Assembly (NCBI GenBank): GCA_030390025.1
Contig: CM059432.1
Location: 24,182,001 to 24,246,000, forward strand
Direction: 5' to 3'
Source of the DNA: Squalus acanthias
Lineage: Eukaryota
Length of the DNA stretch: 64,000 nt
Shown here: positions 37,165-50,234 of the stretch, in pieces
Position numbering within the stretch: position 1 is the first letter of the stretch
How the letters are laid out: each line of letters opens with the position of its first letter
Translations under genes and position numbers: made by a program
The notes under the pieces: model-generated
Seen by the model: the letters and a program-made list of their open reading frames with translations, nothing else
What the model was told of the DNA's origin: nothing
The model's database searches: none

Positions 37165-39222
37165 TGAGAATAAAAACAGAAAATGCTGGAAATACTCAGC
37201 AGGTCAAGCAGCATCTGTGGAGAGAGAAACAAAGTTAAGGTTTCCAGTCGATGACCTTTCATCAGAACTGGAAAAAGTTAGTGATGTGAAGGATTTAAGC
37301 AAGTGCAGGGGCAGGGAAAGGGGGAGGGGCGAAAAGAACAAAAGGGAAGGTCTGTGATGGTGCAAGGCAAAAGAAGATGATAATGGGACAAGCAAAGAAA
37401 CAAAAGATGGGTCCAGAGGAGGTGTTAATGGCAATAGCAGATCATTGCCAACAGCAGCTGTCCGAATAAATGGGGTGGTGGTTATGAACTGAAATCGTTG
37501 AACTCAATGTTAAGTCCGGAAGGCTGTAAAGTGCCTATTTGAACGATGAGGTGCTGTTCCTCAAGCTTGCGTTGAACTTCATTAGAGCAGTGTAAGAGGC
37601 CAAGGACAGAGAGGTCAGTGCGGGAGTGGGGCAGAGAATTAAAATGACAGGCAACCAGAAGCTCAGGGTCTCGCTTGCGCACTGAACGGAGGTAGAAAGA
37701 AAACGGGGAACTACAGACCTGTTAGCCTCACATCAGTAGTTGGGAAAATGCTGGAATCTGTTATAAAGGATGCAATAACTGGGCACTTAGAAACTAATAG
37801 TAAGATTGGGCAGAGTCAACATGGATTTATGAAAGGGAAATCCTGTTAAACAAACCGATTGGAGTTCTTTGAGGATGTAACCAGTGGAGTAGACAAAGGG
37901 GAACCGGTAGATGTGGTGTATCTGGATTTTCAGAAGGCCTTCGATAAGGTCCCACACAAGAAGTTGGTGAACAAAATTAGGCCACATGGAATTGGCGGTT
38001 ATATACTAGCATGGATTGAGAATTGGTTAACAGACAGAAAACAAAGAGTAGGGATAAACGGGTCATTTTCAGGATGGCATGCTGTGACTAATGGGGTACC
38101 GCAAGGATCAGTGCTTGGGCCCCAGCTATTCACAATCTATATCAATGATTTGGATGAGGGGACTAAATGTAACATTTCCAAATTTGCTGATGATACAAAG
38201 CTAGGTGTCAGTGTCAGTTGCGAGGAGGATGTGAAGAGGCTTCAAGGGGACCTCGACAGGCTCAGTGAGTGGGCGAGAACATGGCAGATGGAATATAATG
38301 TAGATAAATGTGAAGTTATCCACTTTGGTAGAAAAAACAGAAAGGCAGTGTATTTCCAAATGGTGAAAGATTGGGCAATGCAGATGCTCAAAGGGAACTG
38401 GGTGTCCTTGTACTGAAAGTGAATGTGCAGGTGCAGCAAGCCATTAGGAAGGCAAATGGTATGCTGGTCTTCATTACAAGAGGATTTGAGTACAGGAGTA
38501 AAGAAGTCTTACTCCAATTATATAGGGCCTTGGTGAGACCACATCAAGAGTACTGTGTACAATTTTGGTCTTGTTACCTAAGGAAGGATATACTTGCCAT
38601 AGAGGGAGTGCAACAAAGGTTCACGAGATTGATTCCTGGATGGCGGGACTGTCGTATGAGAAGAGATTGAGTAAACTAGGCCTGTATTCTCTTGAATTCA
38701 GAAGAATGAGAGGGGATCTCATTGAAGCATACAAAATTATTACAGGGCTTGATAGGATGGATGCTGGGAGAATGTTTCCCTTGGCTGGGGAGTCTAGAAC
38801 CAGGGCCATTCAGGACTGAGATGAGAAGACATTTTTTCACACAGAGGGTGGTGAATCTTTGGAATTCTCTACCCCAGAGGGCTGTGGAGGCTCAGTCATT
38901 GGGTATATTCAAAAGAGAAGTCGATAGATTTCTGACTAGTAAGGCCATCAAGGAATATGGCGATAGGGCCGGTGAATTGAGTTGAGGCAGAAGATCAGCC
39001 ATGATCTCATTGAATGGCGGAGCAGGGCCGAATGGCCTACTCCTGCTCCTATTTCTTATGTTCTTATGTTCCACAAAGTGATCACCCAATCTGTTTGGTC
39101 TCCCCAATGTAGAGGAGACTGCATCATGAGCAGCTTATACGGTATATTAAATTGAAAGAATACAAGTAAATTGTTGTTTCACCTGGACGGAGTGTTTGGG
39201 GCCATGGTTGGTGGGAAGGAAT
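37165..39222 (-). mobile_element. Penelope-like element 3' part (GIY-YIG endonuclease + pLTR), split by a CR1; PLE sequence at 37165-37692 and 39068-39222
   Basis: LIYRISC..C.LLYIGET..RLGDHFVEH joins LRSVRKRDPELLVACHFN...GTLQPSGLN; pLTR with CTGATGA...GAAA. Confidence 0.85.
37693..39068 (+). mobile_element. 5'-truncated CR1 (RT to tail)
   Basis: ORFs 37859-38416 and following: YLDFQKAFD, GVPQGS, FADDTK; tail ttcttatgttcttatg. Confidence 0.92.
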
Positions 39223-39225
39223 GAG

Positions 39226-40445
39226 AACTAAAGAACATAAGAGAAAGGAGCAGGAGTAGACCATACGGCCCCGCGAGCCTGCTCTGCCATTCAATAAGAT
39301 CATGGCTGAAGTTTTACATCAACTCCACTTTCCTGCCCTATCCCCATATCCCTTGATTCCCTTAGTTCCCAAATATCTATCAATCTCATTCTTGAATATA
39401 CTCAATGACTGAGCATCCACAGCCCTCTGGGGTAGAGAATTCCAAAGATTCACAGCCCTCTGAGTGAAGAAATTTCTCCTCGTCTCAGTCCTAAATGGTT
39501 AATCCCTTATCCTGAAGGGAAACAGCCTCTCAGCAGCCAACCTGTCAAGCCAGAATGATACTTGTACTCCAAGGGTTAAGTTACAAGGAAAGATTACACA
39601 AACTAGGGTTGTATTCCCTGGAATTAAGAAGGTTAAGGGGTGATTTGATCAAAGTTTTCAAGATATTGAGGGTATATAGAGTAGATAGAGAGAAACTATT
39701 TCCACTGGTTGGGGAGTCTAGGACTAGGGGGCATAGTTTAAAAATTATAGCCAGGCTTTTCAGGAGTGAAGTTAGAAAACACTTCTATGCAAAGGGTGGT
39801 AGAAGTTAGGAACTCTCTTCCACAAAGGCAATTGATGCCTGGTCAATGGTTAATTTTAAATCTGAGGTTGATAGATTTTTATTCACCAAAGGTTTTTACA
39901 GAATATGGGGCAAAGGCGGGTATATGGAGTTAGGTCACAGATTAGCCATGATCACATTGAATGGCGGAACAGGCTCGAGGGGCTAAATGGCTTACTCCTG
40001 TTCCTATGTTCTTAAGCCTTCTAAGAATTTTATATGTTTCAATGAGATCACCTCTCACTCTTCTAAACACCAGAGAATATAGACCCGTTCTACTCAGTCT
40101 CTCCTCATAGGACAGCCCTCTCAACCCAGGAATCAATCTAGTGAACCTATCCCCCTCTATAGCAAGTATATCCTTCCTTAGGTAAGGAGTCCAAAACTGT
40201 ACACAGTACTCCAGGTGTGGTCTCACCAAATCCCTATATAATTGTAACAAGAATTCCTTACTCATACTGCAACCCTTGCAATAAAGGCTAACATATCATT
40301 TGCCTTCCTAATTGCTTGCAGTACCTGCATGTTAACGTTCTGTGATTCATGTACAAGAACACCCAAATCTATCTGAATCCCAACATTTACTAATTCTCAC
40401 CTATTAAAAAATATTCTGCTTTTACATTCTTCCTACCAAAGTGGG
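39226..40445 (-). mobile_element. CR1 3' fragment hosting an opposite-strand CR1
   Basis: Tail at 39226; ORF 39942-40265 has LVRPHLEYCVQFW. Confidence 0.85.
39552..40013 (+). mobile_element. CR1 3' fragment nested in the previous copy
   Basis: LSYKERL...RGDLI; 5-bp duplication aagcc at 39547-39551 and 40014-40018. Confidence 0.85.
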
Positions 40446-41151
40446 GTTTTCACTTTACGAAGGGAAAGAAACAGACCTGTCAACTGTTGCTGTCAAAAAT
40501 TCCGAACATGTACTTGACACCAGAGCAGGTTAGCATAAACTCAGGCTTTTTTCAGAGGCAGGAATAACCTGTTATGGTCGACTGTGTGAGAACATGTGTT
40601 CAACCAGGTAAAAGTGGAGCTCCTCCGATGGAATCTAGGTGTCACATAACAACAAAGGGAGGGAATTCCGGAGTTCAGGGCCTACGAGCTGAAAGCACGG
40701 CGCCAACGGAAAAGTGTTTAAAATAGAGGATGTGCAAGAGGCCAGAATTGGAAAAGCACAGAGATCGGGGATAATTTTGACTTTGTAAAACGGGTGGTAT
40801 TGATTCAGCTGCGTGCTGCGCATCTCTCCCGATTTTCATTTCCAGTGACTTCAAAGTCACAATGACCCTCATGGTGATTTCTCAGTCTGAACTATATTGT
40901 GCTGATACTGGATATTATCTGATAAAATAGTTTTTCAACGTGTGATAGTCAGTACTGCAGCAATCGTTTACCTTTATTACAGTGCCTCTCCTGCGCACCT
41001 GAAGAGTATACAAGAAAAAACTTTTCAATGGTATAAAACTTTCAATGGAAAGTATAATCAGGTGGGGTGTAAAAGGGGCAACCGATCCAAACCAGTCACT
41101 TTCCCTCCGAGCGGGTTCGGTTAAAATGACCCCCTCGGTCTGAACATAGTG

Positions 41152-43499
41152 AAGGGAAGGATTAATTAGCAATCTTGTTGTGCGAGGCCCCTTGGGGAGG
41201 AGCGATCATAATATGATAGAATTCTTCATTAAGATGGAGAGTGAAGTAGTTGACTCAGAGACTAGGGTCCTGAATTTAAATAAAGGAAACTACGATGGTA
41301 TGAGGTGCGAGTTGGCTAGGATGGATTGGGGAGCATTACTTAAAGGGTTGACAGTGGATAAGCAATGGCAAACATTTAAAGATTGCATGGATGAACTACA
41401 GAATTTGTTCATCCTTGCTTGGCATAAGAATAAAACAAAAAAGGTGACCCAACCGTGGCTAACAAGGGAAATTAGGGATAGCATAAGATCCAAGGAGAGG
41501 GCATATAAATTGGCCAGAAAAAGTAGAAAACCTGAGGATTGGGAGCAGTTTAGGATTTAGCAAAGGAGGACAAAGGGATTAATTAAGAGGGGGAAAATAG
41601 AATATGAGAGTAAGTTTGCAGGGAACATAAAAACTGACGGTAAAAGCTTCTATAGATATGTGAAGAGAAAAAGATTGGTGAAGTCAAGCGTAGGTCCCTT
41701 GCAGTCACAATCAGGGGAATTTATAATGGGGAACAATGAAATGGCTGACGAATTAAATACATACTTTGGTTCTGTCTTTACAAAGGAGGACACAAATAAA
41801 CTCCCAGAGATGTCGGGGAACATAGGGTCTAATGAGAGGGCGGAATTGAATGAAATCAGTATTTGTAGGGAAATGGTGTTAGGGAAATTGATGGGATTGA
41901 AGGCCGATAAATCCCCAGGGCCTGATAATCTACATCCTAGGGTACTTAAGGAAGTGGCCCTAGAAATAGTAGATGCATTGCTGGTCATCTTTCAAAATTC
42001 TATAGACTCTGGAACAGTTCCCATGGATTGGAGGGTAGCTAATGTAACCCCACTAGTTAAAAAAGGTGGTAGAGAAAAAACGGGGAATTATAGACCGGTA
42101 AGCCTGACATCGGTAGTGGGCAAAATGCTAGAGTCCATTATAAAAGATGTAATAGCAGAGCACTTGGAAAACAGTGACAGGATCGGACAAAGTCAACATG
42201 GATTTACAAAAGGGAAATCATACCTGACTAATCTACTGGAATTTTTTGAGGATGTAACTGGAAGAATAGATAAGGGAGAACCAGTGGATATGGTGTATTT
42301 GGACTTTCAGAAGGCTTTCAATAAGGTCCCGCATAAGAGATTAGCGTGCAAAGTTAAAGCACATGGGATTGGGGGTAAGGTACTGATTTGGATAGAGAAC
42401 TGGTTGGCAGACAGGAAGCAAAGAGTTGGAATAAACGGGTCTTTTTCCGAGTGGCAGGCAGTGACTAGTGGGGTACCACAGGGATCGCTGCTAGGACCCC
42501 AGCTATTCACAATATATATTAATGATCTAGATGAGGGAACTAGATGTAATATCTCTAAGTTTGCAGATGACACAAAGCTGGGTGGGCGCGTGTGCTGTGA
42601 GGAGGATGCAGAGAAACTCCAGTATGATTTGGACAAGTTGGGTGATTGGGCAGATGCATGGCAGATGCAGTATAATGTGGATAAATGCGAGGTTATCCAC
42701 TTTGGTGGCAAAAACTGGAAGACAGATTATTATCTGAACGGCAATAGATTGGGAAAAGGGGAAGTGCAATGAGATCTGGGAGTCCTTGTGCAACAGTCGC
42801 TGAAGGTAAGCATGGAGGTGCAGCAGGCGGTTAAGAAGGCAAATGGTATGTTGGCCTTCATAGTGCGAGGATTCGAGTACAGGAGCAAGGATGTCTTGCT
42901 GCAGTTGTACAAGGCCTTGGTGAGACCACACCTTGAGTATTGTGTGCAGTTTTGGTCGCCTTATCTGAGGAAGGATGTTCTTGCCATGGAGGGAGTGCAG
43001 CGAAGATTCACCAGACTGATACCTGGGATGGCATGAATGACGTATGAAGAGAGATTGGGTCGATTAGGCTTATATTCGCTAGAGTTTAGAAGAATGAGAG
43101 TGGATCTCATTGAAACTTATAAAATTCTAACAGGACTAGACAGACTAGATGCAGGAAGGATGTTCCTGATGGCGGGGTAGTCCAGAACCAGAGGTCACAG
43201 TCTAAGGATAAGGGGTAAGCCATTTAGGACTGAGATGAGGAGGAATTTCTTCACCCAGAGAGTGGTGAACCTGTGGAATTCTCTACCACAGAAGGCAGTT
43301 GAGGCCTATTTATTAAATATATTCAAGAAGGAGATAGATATATTTCTTAAGGCTAAAGGGATCAAGGGATATGGGGAGAAAGCAGGGACAGGGTACTGAA
43401 TTTGGATGATCAGCCATGATCTCATTAAATGGCGGAGCAGGCTCGAGGGGCCGAATGGCCTACTCCTGCTCCTATCTTCTATGCTTCTATGCTTCTATG
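41152..43499 (+). mobile_element. 5'-truncated CR1 (end of APE + RT + tail), several stops; related to the 25077 element
   Basis: ORFs 41180-41560 (SDHN), 41660-42772 (RT), 42788-43036; tail (cttctatg)n. Confidence 0.95.
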
Positions 43500-43587
43500 A
43501 AGATTAATGTTGAAGGAAGTGCAGGTCTGATGGAATATCTGAGGCGAAATAGAACAAGAGCCCAATCACTACATCCTAACTTGCATT

Positions 43588-43721
43588 GACCAGGAATTTC
43601 CTTGGAGCTGCCACCATAACTTCGCCAGGAGTGCAGCAGAATCCCTGTTTATGTGTCTAACCGGTGTTTCTGGTGCAGTTACGGTGGTGAAGCAGGAGCA
43701 GCTCCAAAGAAATTCCCGGTC
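43588..43721. mobile_element. Small MITE-like foldback element (134 bp)
   Basis: 24-bp TIR gaccaggaatttccttggagctgc / gcagctccaaagaaattcccggtc (2 mismatches). Confidence 0.7.
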
Positions 43722-43777
43722 AAACGCATATTACACCCTCTTCTACTCTAACCCCTCTTTCCCAGGACCTCAAAACT

Positions 43778-43835
43778 GTTTCTCTCTCCACAGATGCTGC
43801 CTGACCTGCTGAGTCTTTCCAGCATTTTCAGTTTT
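43778..43835 (+). mobile_element. 58-bp PLE pLTR micro-insertion
   Basis: Matches the reverse complement of 37172-37230; 12-bp perfect TSD gacctcaaaact. Confidence 0.8.
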
Positions 43836-46317
43836 GACCTCAAAACTACTTCCTTATCACCTTCAGTCTACCTTTCTTCCTACAATCTATAGGCTTCAGA
43901 AACCCAAGCTAGGTGTCAACTAACGCTACCTGATTTATCCCATCTTCCCTCCTCATGCTCAACTTTGAAGCTATCCTGAACTGTGGCTTTTGAGCCTTTG
44001 TCTAGATTTCCAAATTTATATCATCTCCTGTATTATAATCCAACTCAATATAATAATTGGATTAAGGCATCTATTCCTTTTCTCTAGTTATCCTGTGCAT
44101 TGGCTGATGTTTCTCATACATTTTGCCATCATTCTCTATACGACAATGCTTTCAGAGTAACTTGGTTTGGGCAATAAATGCGGCCTGCCCGCATCACCCA
44201 CATGCCGAGAATAATGTTTTTTAAAAAGTCAGCTAAGTCTATTTTCCAACTGTTCTGAAACATGTCAAGTGTTATCATCTCAAACACGAGAATATGATTA
44301 ATTGAGTGAAAAGGAGAGAAAAACAAGCAGCTGTCTTGTGGGATCTGAAGAGCTCATGTTGCTTGGCCAGCTGAAGATCAAAGAGGAATGCTTGAATCTG
44401 CAGAGACTGAGGAGTCAGCTGCTAGACTCTCACAAAAGAAGGCATGGACAGTAAGCAATAATGATTTGAACTCAGTGCCGTGTGCCTGGTATGTATCAAG
44501 CGCATCAGCAATAAGAAAGACCACATGCACAACCAGAAAACATTCAACAAAGACTTGAGAGATAAAAAGAAAAACTGCAATGCTGGAAATCTGAATTTTT
44601 TAAAAAAGCTGGAAATATACTATAGGCTAGTAGGCATCTGGTAAGAAAAGGCGGGTTAACATTTTTAGGGTAAAACACACTTAAAGGGCCTGAGTAAGGA
44701 AAGGATGGCTGCATTGGTTTCAAAGGGGACGCACATCAAGAGGCCAAGCATTTCCCTGCGATTAAATAAAACCTAATCTGTATACAAGAGAGTTCAAAAG
44801 TGATCAACAAATGTAGATACACAGAAGAACAGATTGAAAATTGTGATTAAAGCAGGCCATGTTAGAACAACAGAGTTTATCTGGTAATTGAGGTAAGCAC
44901 AAGACTATGAGCTTCAAGAAATTGAAAAATAGTGACACTATTATGCTGTATTAGACAAGAGAGGGAAATAATTTAAAGGGGCAATGTCTGCTTGTTTAGT
45001 AAGGCCTTTTGTTATTTGTTTACAAGCATACTGTATTGACATAAATCATCGCTCTACAGGCAAGAGGTACAATACTGAATAGATTTGCTCTTCTGTGTAT
45101 CTTTGAAAGTAGTACAGGATGCTGCACCAATTGCATCTCTCAACTCGGGGATAACACCTTGGAGTTCTTTGCAGGGAAGAAGTGAACAAAGAATCATCAC
45201 CAGGTGTAAACATGGTCAAAGAAAAGGGTTCTAAGGAGGATTTTGAAAGCAGAGAGGCGGAGATATTTATGGAGGGTCTTCCAGGAGAGAGTGCATTGCG
45301 GCAGAAAGAATGGCCATCTATAATGAAGCGGGTGAGTGGAAACAGTGGATAATCTGGTGTCAGAAAAGTGGAGGAGGAATGCAGGGGTGTTCAACTGGTG
45401 AAGTTCACAGAGGTATAGTGGGGCAAGGCCACAATTGATCTCTTGGTATACAGGAAGCTTGGGAAAAATGGAAGTGATGAAAATATTGGAGAGGCTTGGC
45501 ATTCTGAATAACTTGTTAATTGTGGAAGGTGGAGATAGAAAGGCCAGCATGGAAAGCAATAGAGAAGTCAACCTTGATGGAAAGATTCTTAGCAACAATG
45601 AAGTAGAGGTAGGGGATGAGGCGGGCAATAGACTCTGTAAAATAGATTCACTTGGAAAGTTGGTTATAGGTCTTAACTTAAAGATGCTGTTACCTTCTAA
45701 AAGTGCACCAACAGAAAACAGTTGTTCTGAGATAATGACCAGCTTACCTTGTTCCAGCAACAGCAGAGACCCAGGCCCTGAAATTATGTCATAGGATGGC
45801 AGCAGGCGAATACTTTCTGTAATCACTAGAACTTCTCACTCTACTATTTTTGTGGAGATTTTAACCTGTTTACAATAAGCAGGTTAATATCTCTATTAAA
45901 ATAGCAGAGAGAAACATTGCAGAAGAAGACATTAAGCATTCACCTGCTAACATCACAAGACATAATTTTAGGACCCCATCTTTTGTGGCCCTCATGAAAT
46001 AATGCAGGATGTTAGCTGCACTCCCAGCCAGTATATGGCCCATTGCTCGGCAAATTTTTCATTTCAAGTATTTATCCAATTTCTTTTGAAAGTTATTATT
46101 GAATCTGCTTCCAATACACTTTCAGGCAGTGTAACTCGCTGTGTAAAAAAAATTCTCTTCATCTCCCCTCTGGTTCTTTTACCAATTCCCTTAAATCTGT
46201 GTCCTCTGGTTATCGACCCGACTGCTACTGAAAACAGTTTCTCCTTATTTACTCTATCAAAACCCTTCATGATTTTGAACATCTCAATTAAATCTCCCTT
46301 TAAACTTCTCTGCTCTA

Positions 46318-47970
46318 GAATCACAGAAATATACGGCACAGAAGGAGGCCATTCGACCCATTGTGTCTGTGCCGGCCAAAAAAGAGCTATCCAGCCTAAT
46401 TCCACTTTCCAGCTCTTGGTTCGTAGCCTTGCAGGTTACGACACTTCAAGTACATATCCAAGTACTTTTTAAAATGTGATGAGCGTTTCTGCCTCTACCA
46501 CCTTTTCAGGCAGTGAGTTCCAGCCCCCACCACCCTCTGGGTGAAAACAATTCTCCTCAACTCCCCTCTAATCCTACCAATTACTTTAAATCTATGCCCC
46601 CTGGTTATTGACCTCTCTGGTAGGTGAAATAGGTCCTTCCTATCCATTCTATCTAGGCCCCTCATAATTTTATAAACCTCAATCAAGTCTCCCCTCAGCC
46701 TCCTCTGTTCCAAAGAAAACAACCCCAGCCTATCCAATCTTTCCTCATAGCTAAAATTCTCCAGTCCTGGCAACATCCTTGTAAATCTCCTCTGTACCTT
46801 TTCTAGTGCAATCACATCTTTCCTATAATGTGGTGATCAGAACTGTACACAGTACTCTAGCTGTGGCCAAACTAGTGTTTTATACAGTTCAAGCATAACC
46901 TCCCTGTTCTTATATTCTATGCCTCGGCTAATAAAGGAAAGTATCCCGTATACATTCTTAACCACCTTATCTACCTGTCCTGCTACCTTCAGGGATCGGT
47001 GGACATGCACTCCAATGTCCCTCCGTTCCTCTACACTTCTCAGTATCCTACCATTTATTGTGTTTTCCCTTGCCTTGTTAGCCCTCCCCAAATGCATTAC
47101 TTCACACTTCTCTGGATTGAATTCCATTTGCCACTGTTCTGCCCAGCTGACCAGTCCATTGATATCTTCCTGCAGTCTACAGCTTTCTTCCTCACTATCA
47201 ACCACATGTCTAATTTTTGTATCATCTGCAAACTTCTTAATCATGCCCCCTACATTGAAACCTAAATCATTGATGTATACCACAAAAAGCAAAAGACCTA
47301 GCAAGGGACCAAGGGGCCACTGAGCCCTGCGGAACCCCCACCGGAAACAGCTTTCCAGTCACAAAAACATCCATTGATGTTACCCTTTGCTTCCTGCCAC
47401 TGAGCCAACTTTGGATCCAACTTGCCACTTTCCCTTTTATCCCATGGGCATTTACTTTTCTGACCAGTCTGCCATGTGGGACCTTGTCAAGAGCCTTGCT
47501 AAAATCCATGTTGACTACATCAAATGCACTACCTGACATGAATCTTGTCATTCATGGGAAATGACTTATGACATAATACTGGGCGGCCTCCTGGTGGCGC
47601 TGTCCAGTGAGAGTATAAATACTCGGGCATGGGCCCAGCTTGCTCAGGACATTCTTTAACAGGAACTATGAAGGACAACTAGATCTCCATGTTGTAAAAC
47701 AGTTGATTAAAGCTTTTTTCACGCTTAGACCAAGTGCCTAGTAGTTTTCTTACATCACTACCCTCATCAACCCTCCTTGTTACCTCATCAAAAAATTCAA
47801 TCAAGTTAGTCAGACAGGGCCTTCCCTTAACAGATCCATGCTGACTGTCCTTGATCAATCCGTGCCTTTCTAAATGATGATTGATACTGTCCCTCAGAAT
47901 TTTTTCCAACAATTTACCCACCACCGAGGTTAGGCTGACTGGCGTGTAGTTACTCGGTCTATCCCTTCCT
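46318..47970 (-). mobile_element. 5'-truncated CR1 nested in a CR1
   Basis: ORFs 46495-46815, 46837-47304 (FADDTK), 47267-47551, 47679-47924; ctcta duplicated at 46313-46317 and 47971-47975. Confidence 0.9.
47534..47757 (+). mobile_element. Short solo LTR (224 bp)
   Basis: TG...CA ends, perfect 5-bp TSD ctacc, TATA box gtataaata, attaaa poly(A) signal; interrupts the CR1 RT frame cleanly. Confidence 0.85.
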
Positions 47971-49915
47971 CTCTAAGGAGATCAAGTGCAGCTTCTCGTC
48001 TCTCCATGTAATTCAAGTCCCGCATCCCTGATACCATTCTAGTAAATCTCCTCTGCACCCTCTTAAGGACTTGCGGATGAATCAAAAATAATGTTTGTGT
48101 AAAATGCAATTGCTTATGCTGCTCAATTTAACGCTTTATTCTTCTCTTTGCTACATGTCATAACTCATGGAAAGCTAATTAAATAATTCAAAATGTAGTC
48201 TAAGCACACACGTCATGCCCCAAAAATACAACGTCTTGTTGAGTAACACTTTTATGTCAACATTTCAAACTGACATTTCGAATGGGCATTCTGTACTTAG
48301 GACTGTGACGATTGAGGCTTCCATCCAGCAGGTAATTCTGTGGCAGATCTGCTGTTCATTTCCCAGTACCTTAGGTTTTAGTAGCAACACTTGTGAATCT
48401 CGTTCATTCGGCCGCAATCGCTCTCTTTGACGTTCCTGCAAGTTCTCCGTTTTTCGAACTTTTCTTTTGGGAACTGATTTTTAATATCATAGAATTATAG
48501 AATAGTACAGCACAGAAGGAGGCCATTCAGCCCATCGAGTCTGTACCTACATTTGTGTCCTTTCAACGTTCCCATTTTCATTTTTATCTGGAACTCCGAC
48601 CTTCACCTAGGCCTTGCAGGTGATTTGCCAGTCAATTTTATTTTAGAAAGTCTTAAAAATCCATTTGCAGTTAATAAGGGAAGGCAGAGGGCAGTGGGCA
48701 GGGGATTGTCAAATCCAAACTAATTGCTGGCCGCTAATTTCTAATTTGTACTTTACCACCACCCTGGTGTCCTAATAGTATCAGCATGTAATGTTAACTT
48801 AATGGAGCAAGAAAATTCAACAGATGGAAGGATGAAGTGCACTAGTTGTGGAATTAACTGACAAATGGTAAATCTCTAAGCATTAAGCACCAGTTCTCGC
48901 TCAAGGCTGGTTTAAATTAAAATGAAGCAAATTAATAACAATATTGACACAGTGTATGCCAGCTTCACTGTCCATAGTAGATTTATGTAGAGGGAGTGGA
49001 ATACTGCCCTTTACATCCATACAAAACATCTGATTTTCATTTTCATTTCAAATTACATTTTATCAAGCTATGGTCAAATATACTGCAAAGTTCAAACAGA
49101 CAATTATTACTAAAGGGATGAATTTGGGGGGCGATTTTAATCCTACTTGCTCAGCAGAAACCTGGCGGGTGGGCAGTTAAAAGCGCCCTGGCTCTTACCT
49201 GTCCGAAAGCCGCCACGATCGCAACATCTGCAATTTTAACCTGCTCTCCTGAGCAAGCAGTAAGGACACAAGCCTGGAGCCAACAGGGTCCCTCTTTACA
49301 TATGCATGTTGCAGCTCGATGACATCATTGAGACCCGACTGTAATTTTAACTCGGGCCTGAGCGGGAAATCCACCTGGAGTTAAAAACAGGGCCAAAATT
49401 ACTAGATGCTGAATTTCTGGGTCTGGACAGTGTTGTGGTTTGAATTTGATGCATTGATGACTGAAGTCTCGGCTTAAATTTTCCTATTCTGCTGCATCAA
49501 ACTGATTTCTTTGCTGGCCCTATAAAGATCTTTAGTGGAATGAGTGGGACAGAATCAACTCAACTCCTAATGCATGCAAGTCCATAGTGCAAAATAATTG
49601 CTAGCATTTGGCAGTGATTTGGCAATCCGACAGTCGCAAGGCTGGTTGGTGTAGGAATTGCTGTTACAGCACCAGTGCAGTAGGATTTTCTCTGAGTGTG
49701 AGGTTAAGAAAAATATGGGCAGGATTTTAAAGTGCAGACGCGCTGCGAGTGGGGGTGTTCCGATAGCACGTGGGAAACCCGGAAATATGTTAAGCACCTC
49801 TGTCAGTGGCTTTTTAACTCAGCCACCTCATTATCATTTTCTTTCCGGGTTTCCCATCCAATCAGCGGCAGCGGGCGTGATGTGGACCCGCATGACGCGA
49901 TCTCAACTCCAGTAT

Positions 49916-50234
49916 CACAGAATCACAGAATCCCCACAGTGCAGATAGAGGCCATTTCGGCCCATCGAGCCTGCACCGACACATATCCCACCCTATCCCC
50001 GTAACCCCACGTATTTAATCCCCCCTAACACTAAGGGTCAATTTATCATAGCCAAATCAACCTAACCCGCACATCTTTGGACGGTTGGGAGGAAACCGGA
50101 GCACCCGGAGGAAACCCACGCAGACACGGGGAGAATGTGCAAACTCCACACAGACAGTCACCCGAGGCTGGATTCGAACCCGGGTCCCTGGCGCTCTGAG
50201 GCAACAGTGCTAACCACTATGCCACCGTGTTGCC
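49916..50234 (-). mobile_element. HE1-like V-SINE (tRNA head, V-domain, CR1-derived tail)
   Basis: Reverse complement reads ggcaacacggtggcatagtggttagc...ggttcgaatcc...gtgtggagtttgcacattctccccgtgtctgcgtgggtttcctccgggtgctccgg; near-TSD ctccagtat/ctcaagtat. Confidence 0.9.

Larger units (their letters stand above)
46063..48070 (-). mobile_element. Older CR1 3' fragment (46063-46317 and 47971-48070) split by a second CR1
   Basis: KGDLIEMFKIMKG motif; host resumes after a ctcta duplication. Confidence 0.75.

Noticed and set aside
44330..44450. Plus-strand exon candidate ending CA|gtaagc
   Set aside because: No polypyrimidine acceptor and the peptide is unrecognised.
45197..45826. 209-aa minus-strand ORF
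   Set aside because: Leu/Ser-rich with no recognisable domain; partly overlaps decayed L2-like sequence; probably a chance ORF.
48380..48474. Minus-strand exon candidate (PKRKVRKTENLQERQRERL...)
   Set aside because: Weak acceptor abutting a CR1 tail fragment; no homology recognised.
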